From Eledone cirrhosa (taxonomy: Eukaryota): a stretch of 64,000 nucleotides of DNA. The notes beneath the pieces are model-generated. The model saw nothing but the letters and a program-made list of their open reading frames with translations. It ran no database searches and had not been told where the DNA came from. Made by a program: the position numbers and the translations under genes. Of this stretch, positions 42,101 to 55,075 are shown piece by piece (positions within the stretch are counted from its first letter, which is position 1; each line of letters opens with the position of its first letter). Location of the stretch: assembly GCA_964016885.1 (NCBI GenBank), contig OZ024741.1:146134001-146198000 (forward strand), given 5' to 3'.

Positions 42101-45100
42101 TCATCATCATCATTATCATCATTTTACATCTGCTTTTTCCTAATTGCAAGGGTGAAACGGGTTCTATTCAGCACAGCATCTCTCCACTTGTGACGGTCCT
42201 TCGTCATCTCCTCCGCCAGTTTCAGTGACCTGAGGTCTGCTCTTACCATCTCCGTCCATGTTTTTCGTGTGTCTTCCTCTACTGCATCTTCCTTCTAATG
42301 GGATTTCTTGGCACTTCTTTACCCAGTGGTCATCCTCCATGCGCATCACATGTCCATACCATCGCAGTCTTCTCTCCCGCACACTACAACTTATCCCTCT
42401 TATACACAGTTTCTCTCTTAACTCATCAATGCTTGGTCGTCCGCGCACATTGACATTGCACATCCAACGGAGCATAGTTGCTTCATTTCTCTCCGGCTGT
42501 CACATTACCTCTGCAGTTGCTGCCCATGTCTCACTACAATGCAGCATCGCGCATCTCACACAGGCATCATATAACTGGCCTTTTGTACGCAGGGAGAAAC
42601 CCTTCTTTGTCAACAGAGTAAGCAGCTCCCTAAACTTCTTCCAACCCGTCCTTATTCTAGATACTATGGCATTGGAAACCCCCCCTCCCATGCTAATCTG
42701 ATCACCTAGGTACCGGAAGCTATCAACCACTTCTATAGAACCTACCTGCATTTGAAAAATGTTTCTATCACTGCGACTTCTACTGTCAAACATCCCTGTA
42801 CATCTACTGCATACTTAGTTTTCCCTACCTGTTAGTTTGCTTGCTATCCCACCACACCTTTTATGTACCCAAGATCTGCATTGTGTACATTTTATAGAAT
42901 TTATGCCAGTTCCTTTTCTACATATCGAACATGGCCATTTCCCTGATGGAATCAAAGTTTTGTCCTCTTTTCTACTTATCAGTATTTTTGTCTTTGCTAT
43001 GTTCACCCTCAGTCCTCTTGATTCTGCTATAAGGACCAGATCGTCAGCATAGAGAAGTTCCCATTGTTAACTAGTCTTAAACTCCTCTGTTATGGCTTGG
43101 AGGACTATAATGAACTACTTGTATCTGTAATTCCTCACTAAACTCCATTCCTACTCTGACTTTACTGACAGCACCTCTGTACAAAGCTTGCACTGTCCTC
43201 ACAAGCCATTCCTCTACACCTATTTTCCTTAGGGACCACCAGATGACAGATCGGGGTACCCTATCTATCAAAGGAATTCTCCAGGTCAACAAAAGCTAGG
43301 TATAGTGACTTATTCTTCTCTAAGAACCTCTCTTGTAGATGTCTCACTAAGAAGAAGGCATCTGTTGTACTTTTCCGAGGCTCAAAACCAAACTGCATCT
43401 CATCTAGTTTGACCCTTTCTCTAATTAGTTCCGCTAATATCCTTTCAGCCACTTTCATAACCTGATCCATCAGTTTTATGCCCCTATAACTGCTCCTCTC
43501 CATAGCATCCCCTTTACCTTTGTAGCAATTTATGAGAATACTGCTACACCAGTCTTGGGTATGACACCGCCATATATAGCCTGATTGATGATGCGTGCAA
43601 CCAGTTTAGTGCCTACTTCTCCTGATGTCTCTCGACGGTCCAGCGGACTTACCATTTTTCATTTCCTTAATTGCTTCTTGGACCCTATATTCGTCAATCT
43701 CAATAGCTAGTCCCTTTGTTGGGTCTACTGGTGGTAGTTTCTCTATCTTGAATTCGTTCTCCATATATTCATCAGTCTTTCATAATGACATTTCCAGGCC
43801 TCCTTTTTCTGATCATTCGTGACACTAAGTACACCAGCATCATTCCGGACACACTTATCTCCAACAACATCCTGATTTACACTAACACACTGCCTTGCAA
43901 GGCAAAACTCTGCATGTCTCTGATCTTTCCTGACGTCTAGCTTCTCTCTTAGCGGCTGTGTATCGGTCTCTACTCCCACCATTTTCCCAAGCGTTCTATG
44001 CTAGCCTTTTGTCTCTAATGGCCCTATCTATCGTGTTGTTCCACCACCACATCACTCTCTGACTAGTCGGAGTTCTGCTCCAGCCACAAGTTTCTTCAAT
44101 AGCCTGCAGTAAGTTGTCACGTAAGAAATTCCAGATATCATCTATATCATACGATTCTAAATCGTCTTCTTTTTCGTCATACACATCTTGAAGGGCTTTC
44201 CTAAATTTATATTTTAGTAAAAGGTCTTTTAGCTCCCAGACCTTCCTTTTCCACACCTTCCTGTATGTCTCATTTTGTCTCTTGCTTACTGAGATATCAC
44301 TAACGACTAACCTATGGGGTACACTCTTCTCCGGGATATGCCTTAGTATTTGACACCATGTGTCTGTTTCGCTGCCTAACTAGCAAGAAGTCAATCTGGC
44401 GTATGTGCTCGCCTGATTTGTAGGTTATTAGGTGGTTGGTAGGTTTCTTGAAGTTAGTGTTGCAAACGGTTAGTGCACTTGCATCACAAAATTCAAGAAG
44501 CCTCACTCCTTCTTCATTTCTTGAGCCATAACCATGCCCACCATGTACCCCAGCCTATCGATCCTGGAGGTGTCTAACATGACCATTGAATTCCCCTGCT
44601 TGCATAACGATGTCCCCGTCCTCTGTCATTCTGGCTGTTTCTAAAAGTTACTCGTAAAAGCAGTCTTTCTCTTCTTTACTTAGGCCTGCCTGGGGAGCAT
44701 AGGCAGAGATGATTGTCAGCAGTCTCTTGGATACAACTAATCTAAGCATAATTATTCTATTACTAACTCTAACTACTTCTATTGTCTTATCGATCCATCT
44801 CTCACCCACTAAAATTCCTACCCCAACTAACCCATCATCTTTACCTACCCAGAAAAGCTTATAACTAAGTGGTTTGCCTGCGATTAGTCTCACTGAGGCA
44901 CCTCTCCATCTCACCTCTTGCACGCAACACACATCCACTTGCCTTGTTTCTAGCATCTCCATTATCTCACCAGATCTACCTGTTAGAGTGCTAACATTAA
45001 GTGTGGCAAATCTAAGATGCGATGTCTTCATATTCTTGTTCTTGTTCCTGTTGTGCGATTGCTTGATGACGGTCGAGGGGTTTTCACACATTGCCGCTGC

Positions 45101-45690
45101 AGCCACCCCACTACCGTGCGTAGCCCTAACGTGGTTACGGTTATTGCTGTTTACAGAGTTGTTGTTGTTGTGCGATTGCTTGATGACGGTCAGGGGGTTC
45201 TCGCACATGGTCGCACCAGCCACGCCACTACCGTGTTCAGCCCTAACATGGTTAGTGTTATTGCTGTTTACGCAGATGTTGCAATTCTCATTTGTTGTGC
45301 TCATTGGTTTTGGCATTAATATATACTGCTTGGATGCCCTTCCTCACACTAGTAACACTTTACAGCATGGACTGTGTGCTTTTATTCGTGCCACCAGCAC
45401 TAGAGAGGTTATCGTACTGGACTCCATGGCCCTCTCCATGCCTCCATTTTACAGCATGCACTGGGTGTTTTTATTCGTGCCACGAGTACTAGAGAAGTTG
45501 TCTTACTAGACTTAGGGGACTTCTCTACACAGGACCAATTTTTAGGAGTGGTAGCTCTCCTAGACGGGTTGCCTACGGCTTACGGAGCCTCCGTCCGTCC
45601 CGTGTCTGCGCTGAACGGGACTTGGTTTAATGTGCTATGTGCATGAGTGTTTAGCGTACAGCACCAGTCATGCATACCGGAAGGTGATAG
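42101..45690 (-). mobile_element. Near full-length RTE-clade LINE (APE + RT), multiple stops and frameshifts
   Basis: ATLNVSTL, CVQEVRW, SAYAPQ, QIDF (APE); YRGIKLM, QFGF, LYADD, FRYLG, LRWYGHV (RT and C-terminus); (TGA)n tail at 42101-42122; 5' UTR about 45317-45690. Confidence 0.95.
45040..45275. repeat. Two in-frame 117-bp tandem units in the RTE ORF N-terminus
   Basis: NSNNTNHVRAEHGSGVAGATMCENPLTVIKQSH and NSNNRNHVRATHGSGVAAAAMCENPSTVIKQSH. Confidence 0.9.
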
Positions 45691-45847
45691 ATATATATGA
45701 GAAATGCCATTTCCTAGCCTCTGTTATCCTAAACACGGTTATTCTATTCTATATGAGCGATTTTCTGTTACGAATAAACGCACATACACAACCCACATAT
45801 ATATATTAACAGCTATATAAATACAAACAGACATTAGTACATACATC

Positions 45848-45908
<61 letters not shown>

Positions 45909-45950
45909 TATTCAAAATATTAATAAATGAAAATATTCTCATAATCAAAA

Positions 45951-46019
45951 TATATATTTTATTATACATATTTCAAAGGTACAATGGTGTTTAAGTAGGT
46001 TTTCATCAGATAAAATATA
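45951..46019 (-). ncRNA. Minimal type I hammerhead at the PLE 3' end
   Basis: atattttat-CTGATGA-aaa...ttt-GAAA-tatgta-TA-ataaaatat; same stem I/III design as the 21833 ribozyme. Confidence 0.75.
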
Positions 46020-46686
46020 AGATTGGATATGCGACATACCGCTACGGTTTTAATTATTCAATTCCAATAGTGGCAGTGATTTATTTCGCCAACCCTCAAC
46101 GTTTTTATACCACAAATAATATGATAAACTTAGAGAAGAAAAGGACGTAGAGCAAGGTAGAAATATAGAAGGGGAGTTGAGATGGAAGATGCAATGAAAA
46201 AGAAGAGAAATAAACAAATAAATAAATGAATAAAAGAAGAAAAAGAAAGATGTAAGAGAAAAAAGGGGAATAAAAATAGAAGAAAGGGAAGATTCGGGCG
46301 AAAAAATATAAGGGGAATAAAGAAAAACGAAGAGGAAAAGGAAAGGAGAAAATAGAGGGGAGAATAAAAAACTGTTTTATTCAAATGCTAGACAAAATTA
46401 GAAATTAAAAATGTTTTCATGTTTATCAGTGAATATCGCTTTAGTTAATTATAAGCTTATATTGTATCCAGATTATTAGGCATAGATTACTTTCTATAGC
46501 AATCAAATATTTAAGTTAATTACAAATTTATATGTTTAAATTAATTTAATTTAATTTAGCTCATTCTAAATTATTATAATTTGTTATTATAAGGTAAGAT
46601 ATTCTATTAATATTATACTACAACTTTAAAAGAATTTATCTTTAAAGCCTAATTAAATAATTATTAAATATGTATTAAAATATAAT

Positions 46687-46790
46687 TGTTTCTACTTTAG
46701 GAACAAGGCCAGCAATTACCCAGTACATTACTGGTACTTTATTTCATCGACCCCGTAAGGATGAAAGGCAAAGTTAACCTCGGCGGGATT
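46687..46790 (-). mobile_element. 5'-truncated SINE family 1 with 16-bp TSD
   Basis: TSD tgtattaaaatataat at 46671-46686 and 46791-46806; empty site in the inverted arm at about 48565-48581. Confidence 0.92.
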
Positions 46791-48845
46791 TGTATTAAAA
46801 TATAATAACATGCATATATCCCCATCAATATATATAATATATTTTGTTCATTTATTATCTAAATTAATTTAAAATTTAAAAATTCACTTTTTGTGAAACT
46901 TCGTTATTTTTTTTATTTTCATTTATTTCTTAGAATCCAACTGTAGTTATATTTACTCTCTATAAATTTTATTTCATTTAATGAATGGTTATATTTACTT
47001 CTATATTTAATTATTCTGATATATATAGTTTCTTTTAATGATAGTCTATGTATTATTAAACTATTAATCATTATCTATTAATCCATATTTTCTATTTTAT
47101 ATATGTTTTTACAAGCTAATAAAAAAAATGTACGGACAATGTAAACAAAAGGAAGATTACTCATTTACAATGTAAAAGCATTTTTTAGCTTATTGGGAAT
47201 CTCTTCTCTCACGTCCAACGATATTTTAAGAATCTTAAACTATCTGATGTCTTATTAAATATTGAACTATCCTAACCAAATCATAGGATAAAAACTCTCA
47301 ATGCGCTTATTCTATTACATATAAATATCTATAAATTATTACTTCAATTAGGCAAAATTTACATATATTTAAGTTGTTATTTGTCCTTATTTTTTTTGGA
47401 ACTGGTACATTGCCTGGAAAGTTTTACCAATTTTATGATGACAACTACTAAATAATTCATTTTTTTGTTGATTAAATTGTCATAGTTTGTGATTATGTGA
47501 AGAATATCTTCATTGCAAAGATGGCAAAGTTCAGAGATTGCTGAGTTCCGGTAGGGTGTAGCCCCCCCTCCGTAATTTCCTCCGAGAGATGGAGTATTTA
47601 ATGTTATTGTCCTTTAAAGACCATACTAATTGTGAAAGTGAAGTTGAACTAGGGAAGCATTTATCCAAAGCTTTAAAAAATAAATGTGCTACAGGTGTCT
47701 TAATAGCTAAAGATGCTGGCGGTGCATACCAAATTATAGATCTAGTTCTTACTTTTTCCTTCGATTTATTCATCCAGTTGTTGTTTTTATATTCATTTTT
47801 ATTATGATTATTATGATTATTATGATTATAATTAATTTTATTTTGGTGGATTTTAGTATTTTTATCTATATACTCAATGTTATTGTTATATCCAGCTTTA
47901 TGTAACGCTTCATTATAGTATATAGCGTTACTATTAAATATGGATCTATTAGCAGAGAGCCTGGATATTCGTTGTTATACACTGTTGACTATCGAATTCT
48001 TAACACCTTTAGGATGATTTAGAATAAAAACTAACATAATTTAAGTTCTCATTGACTTTGTGTAAAGGGTAATAAAGGCCTGAGTTCAGATTTAGAGTCA
48101 CATCCAAAAAATTAACTATTTTATTATTATTTTCTAATTCTAATTTCAGGTCATAATTTAAAAAAAAATCTATAATTGCTTTCTTTACTCTATTTAATTC
48201 ACTATTGTTATGTTTTTCTACAATAAATAGTATGTCGTCCCTATATAAACCTCTGGTAATCTTCGGCAATTTGCTATTTATCATGTTAAGGATAAAAATG
48301 CCCACTAGATAGGTTCTTTGGACTCAGCTCATGTTACGGATCTAGTGGGCATTTTTATCCTTAACATGATAAATAGAAAATTGACGGAGATTACCGGAAA
48401 TAAAATTTATAGAGAGTAAATATAACCACAGTTGGATTTTAAGAAATAAATGAAAATTAAAAAATGACAAAGTTTCACAAAAAGTGAACTTTTTAATTTT
48501 AAATTATTTTAGATAATAAATGAACAAAATATATTATATATATTGATGGGGATATATGCATGTTATTATATTTTAATACATAATTAATAATTATTTAATT
48601 AGGCTTTAAAGATAAATTCTTTTAAAGTTGTAGTATAATATTAATAGAATATCTTACCTTATAATAACAAATTATAATAATCTAGAATGAGGTAAATTAA
48701 ATTAATTTAATTTAAACATATAAATTTGTAATTAACTTAAATATTTGATTGCTATAGAAAGTAATCTATGCCTAATAATCTGGATACAATATAAACTTAT
48801 AATTAACTAAAGCGTAATCCAATACAAGCGATATTCACTGATAAA

Positions 48846-49610
48846 CGTTTAACGTCTATCTTCCGCGCTAGCATGGGTTTAAACGGGAGTTGTCCTACGT
48901 GAGGCAAGAATGGTCAGGTGACGATGTCTCGCTCGTATAGGACTGTCTGGCAGGTTTTCTACGACTGGATGCCCTTCCTAACACCGACCACGTTTACAGT
49001 GTGGACTGGGAGGTTTTTACCGTGTTATCTACACGGCCACATTACAGCATGGACTGTGGGTTTTTTGTCGTGACACCTACACAACCTCATTTATTTGGGA
49101 CTGGATGTTGTGGTACCAACATAACTTTACAGATAAAGGGTGGTGTTGGTGGGGTGGGATAGGTGGAGTGGGGCTAGTGGGATGGGGTATATATTTGGTT
49201 AAGAGGTGCCTACTGACTCTAGGTTTCGCTTTGTACATAGGCAAGGCGGGTCTTTTGTATTACTGCGTAGCGCCAAAGATCTCGATCCAGTGACATTGTC
49301 TTAGAGAGGTGTAAGTGTGTAAGGTCGGAATATATCAAATCGCCCCAGGTTTTTCTAGGTCTACCTACTCCGTAACTTCCATCAATTTTGATCACCCTGC
49401 ACGTTTTTCTACATGCGCATCACGTGACCATACCAACATATCATCATCATCATCTCATTTTACGTCCACCTTTCCCTGCTTGCAAGGGTAGGACGGGAAC
49501 TGATTCTGGCTTGATTTCTACAGCTGGATGCCCTTCCTAACAACTTCCTCATTTACAGTGAGTGCTGGGTGCTCTTTTGCCGTGGCACCTCCACGACCAC
49601 TTTGCAGTGG
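48846..49610 (-). mobile_element. Two adjacent RTE 3'-end fragments
   Basis: WYGHVMR-like ORF end and ggatgcccttcctaac 3' module; (CAT)n at 49441. Confidence 0.75.
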
Positions 49611-49780
49611 AATGATAGGGACCCCAGTCCCTATCATCTAATTTCTACAGCTGAGTAAACTGGAGCAATGTGAAATAAAGTCTCTTGCTCAAGGAAACAA
49701 CACATCACCCGGTCTGAGAATTGAACTCCCAACCTTTCGATTGCAATGCCAATGCTCTAACCACTAAGCCATGTGCCTCC

Positions 49781-50482
<702 letters not shown>

Positions 50483-50486
50483 ATAT

Positions 50487-50537
<51 letters not shown>

Positions 50538-50848
50538 AGGGTGAGATTAAAACATTTAGAGGACTTAAGCACTGAAACTTTATGGTAAACCCAAATACTG
50601 TTTATGAAAAAGTGCTATATACTATACTGGAAAAATATGCAAAGGAGACTTATATACTTGAGTCCCTAGCATGTGAATATTTGGGTTAATTGTTAATCCA
50701 ATGCTGATACATCCAATGTGTATATGGTATTCATTGCAAATATCATTGATACTATTTATTAAAAAAACCTTGTGGAGACATGACAGTTGTTTTTGTCCTT
50801 CATTACATCTGACAGCATAGTGATTCAACAAACATTATCAATATATAC

Positions 50849-53800
50849 AAGAGGTGGGGAACCTTTTTACCATAAGAGGCCACATTTAAATTAGGCAGTA
50901 ATAAAGGAGGCCGCATAAGTCGATATACCTATAAATGCGACTTTTGTGAAATTATTATAGTTTTTGTATAGTTTTATAGTCATTTATTTATTATTTAACA
51001 TAAAAAGTTACAATATAAAATATTTTTGTATTCACATAATTATAAAGAAATACAATAGAAAAATAATAATATTAAGTTAAAAAAACTAACATAGCAACAA
51101 TACGTAAAATAATTTTTAAATCCGATGGAAAATTCAAGTTAGTGGGTTTCTTGCTTGAAAGAAATTGAATATTTGGAACAAACTTCGTAACGCGCAGCCT
51201 TAATTGATCCTCTAAATAAGCATCTGTGGTTTGCGTTCTTAAAGTAATTTTAATTTTTGTCATGAGAGAAAATGTTAACTCGCAGCAGTAAGAACTTCCA
51301 AAGCAGGAAAGTAAACGGCGTGCATGCTCTCGTAGGCGTGGATATTCAACAGCATTTGACCAGATTTCTATGGGATTATTTTTAGCGTCAAAAAGGGATT
51401 TGAGGATACTATCTTCCCCCAACTCAAATAACTCAACTTGTAGTTCCGTAGGATCCTCGGATATATCTACTAAATGTGGTTCAAATACCAGTTTCATAGC
51501 AGGTGTGTGTTCGTCAAAATCTGAAAATCTTTCAGTATATTCTTCTATTAAAGAATCCAAGACACCTACATATTCATCGAATATTTTATTTTCACATTTC
51601 TGCTCATTCAACATTTTTGCTAGCTCCGGGAAGTGTTCTGCAGATATATGCGAGCGAGAGAGTAATGTTTTGAAAAATGTTAATTTTTTTCGAAACGCTT
51701 GGATCTTTTGGCACATTTCATACATATGCTTCGTTTTACCTTGCAGGCAAATATTTAAATTGTTTTGTTTTGTCATGATATCAGACAAAAATACAATGTT
51801 TCTGCAAAATGCTTCATCTGATAGATCACAAAGTTTTCCTTCTTCTTGATAAAAGTTTAATATTTGTCGTCGTAAAATTAAAACTTTTATCAAAACCTGT
51901 CCTGTTGATAGCCAGCGAACCTTGCAGTAGTACGGTAGATCAACACTGTACGTTTCCTCGTCTAAAGTCAGCATCTGCCTAAATTGACGATGACGCATTG
52001 CATTAACGCGAATATGGTTGACAATCGCAATTGCTCTATCCAGAGCGTCTCGCAAAATGGTGGATTTTGCGCCAAGATTTTGCTGATGCAAAATGCAGTG
52101 AAATTTTCCTCTTTTAATAAAGCAACGAATCATTCTTTTTTACCTTTGATAGAGGGCGCGCCATCGGTGCAGACACTGACTAAATTACTGACATTTAATT
52201 GTAATTGATGACATACCTCTCTGAAGTTTTCGAAATTGCCAACTCCGCGAGTTCTTCCAGTTAGTGTACCCAGCGCAAGATGTTCTTCGTAACACTGAAA
52301 ATCTTTAGTTACAGCACGAATAAAATATAAAACTTACGCCAAGTCAGTTTTATCAGTTCTTTCATCCAAAGCAATTGAAAAATAAACATCTTCATTTTGT
52401 ATAATTGTACGAAGTTGCTCTGTTACATTTTGAGCTAATTCGTGCTGTCGATCTGTTATAGTTCTTCTTGAAAGAGGCAATCCAACTTTACCAACTTTTT
52501 CTGGATCTAACATACCCACTGCTTCAACAATACATTCTTTAATAATTTCTACGTCACTAAATGGTTTGCCTCTCTTTCCAAGTATATGTGCTATTTTGTA
52601 AGTAATATCAACTGCAGTGGAATTATTATTTACAAAAGCACTAAAAGATGTCTGTTGATGATACTTTTTATTTTTCAATTTTTGAAGTGCAGCTTGTCGA
52701 GATTCACCTTCTAAATTAAAATATTTATGTTCTTTATGAGTCAAATAGTGTTTATTTGCATTCGCTTTTTTCAAAGTAGTTAAAACTGTATTGCACAACA
52801 AACACACCATTTTATCTTTCACAGAAGTAAATAAAAAAAATCTAACTCCCATGGTACACTAAATGTTCTCTTTTCTTCAATTACTTTTCTTCTCTTACAA
52901 TTTGACATGATGGAGTAAAAATAAATATCAAATAATATCTTTAAGAAAGCGTATACTTGCTAGCAATACAATAACACCGTGTAAAACCACAAATCTATAT
53001 TATATATTAAAAAGTTTGGAGAATAATTTATTTGTGAAGGCGGTCGTGTACACAAAAAATGAGTAAAGATTGGTAAAAAAATTCACGATTTTGATTGGTC
53101 AGTTAATGCTTTAAAATGGCTTCCCTTTTTACCCTTTTTCCGGTAAGTATATGAATGTCTCCTTTATGTTTTGTATAAATGAATTTCAAACAAATTATGT
53201 TATTTGTAGATAAACAAATTATGTCTTTTGTAGTTTTTGATTTATTTGTTGCTATGTTGCTGCCTTTTACTTTTTCTAGACTACAATTACCTGTCCGACT
53301 GGCTTTTGCGATGACTTCCAGCACATCGCAATGTCAAACTCTTAGCAAAATTGGCATCTATCTCCCAACTGCTTTTTTTACACATGGCCAATTTATACGT
53401 TACTTTATCAAGGACACGAAATGGACTATCATTTATTATAACTATGTTTAGAAAAGTACGAAAGTCTATGATTCTGTTTTTCAAAATACATAATTTTTAA
53501 TATTTTACATTTATATAATACTATGTGTACTTTTAATTTTGATACAATAAATTGGTCTGTAATTGGTTAATTTAACCAATCAATATCTATTTGATTTTTA
53601 ACATTTTTATTCATCACGCACAAAGAGCGGGTAACTTACTCGTTAATTAAAACAATAATAACTAGATTTTCACAATGGCCGGTAGCAATACGAGACTGTC
53701 ACAAGCACGTTACAAGATTGACAAATGACAAGTCACAAGCGTCTTTTTTAGAACAGCCAATTGTAGAACGCCACCTGGCATTCTACAATTGGCTATTACC

Positions 53801-53959
53801 ACCAGTAGTCACTGAAACTTACATTCATACCGTTCTTATTTAATTCCATTAATTTTGAAATTGTCGTAATCTAAATGATAAATTATTAATTAATACAAGA
53901 GCTAGCTTTTATGAAGGCCGCACAAGAAACTCACGGAGGCCGCAGGTTCCCCACCTCTG
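50849..53959 (-). mobile_element. hAT DNA transposon, Buster/Charlie/SPIN-like
   Basis: TIR agaggtggggaacct at both ends; 8-bp TSD atatatac / atataaac. Confidence 0.93.
51072..52908 (-). pseudogene. Disrupted hAT transposase (GTF2IRD2/Buster-like)
   Basis: MSNCKRRK start, BED-like CLLC..H...H, IALDE, TDGAPS, HCILHQ, VRWLS, SYCCE; frameshift in A-run near 52835, stop at 52334, further shift near 52140. Confidence 0.92.
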
Positions 53960-55025
53960 ATATAAACAATACTTTCAATACGATAAGTGTCGGTGTCAGA
54001 AAAGGCATCTGGCCATAGAAAGCTGGTCAGATAAGATCAAGTTGTTAAGCATACAAAAATGGATGTAAAAAGGCTAATGATGAATTCAAATCCAATGGTA
54101 TAAAAAGTGATTTAATATAAATAAATAGATCAGTGTTTTGAACAATGTTTTGAGCAATTATTTCTGAAGATAAAAAAAAAATTAAGATATGGAGAACAGT
54201 AAATGGTGACCAAGTTTTGTTTCAGTCATTCATGGTGGTAATGAATTCCAGGTGTATTTGGAGTATGTAGTGTTATAGGTTAGGTGGATCAGGGCTCCAT
54301 GAGGATGGACTACAACTATTCATGCATCTTAAACATTCTTTGATTGTATATTGTATTGCATTTATACTAATTTAATAATCGTTATTAAGAATTTAAACAT
54401 CAACTTTCCCCAAACCACCTATATTAAAATGTTCAAATTTGAATTAAAATATTTGATTGAAATATCACTATTACATGACAGAAAATATGAAATTGCATTA
54501 GTTTAATTTTTATTCATTTTTCATTATTGATTAATAGGTTGTTTCCCATTGATATGCTGCTGGTAAAAATATTTATTAATCATGTACATTCCTTCATCAA
54601 TTGTTCATATGTTTAGATTGGATTTCAAACTTATGTGACATATCTCTCACCTTATATACTCAGACTGGCCATGCGTAACAGTAATATGGCTGCTATTACT
54701 GAAACTATTTAAGTCACAACTTCATATGGTTTGGTCAGTTAATAGTAGACTGATACATAGTGGAAGTCTTTTTTCGAAGTCTGTGCTGCATTGTCTATAT
54801 GTTGAAAGACATGCAAAAACACACATACACATGTTTTTATCATACATGTTGACAGGCTTGCACTTGGAATTCCTGCGATTTATATCAAAACCCGTTAGTT
54901 ACTATGGTGACAACACTCTACCTATCTATCTCCCTTCCATACACACTCTCTCTTTCTCTGACTATATTTTTTCTTAACAAAAACCTGTTGTTTTTTCTTG
55001 AAATAAATTTTAATTCAATCTTCCA

Positions 55026-55075
<50 letters not shown>

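Larger units (their letters stand above)
45910..48845 (-). mobile_element. Penelope-like element (different clade, possibly Nematis-like), 5'-truncated, with inverted duplication
   Basis: GLYRDD, NFLDVTLNL, IIWYAPP, TSLSQLVWSLK, CHLC motifs at 47500-48305; long AT-rich 3' region; 48400-48845 is the reverse complement of about 46425-46990. Confidence 0.85.
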
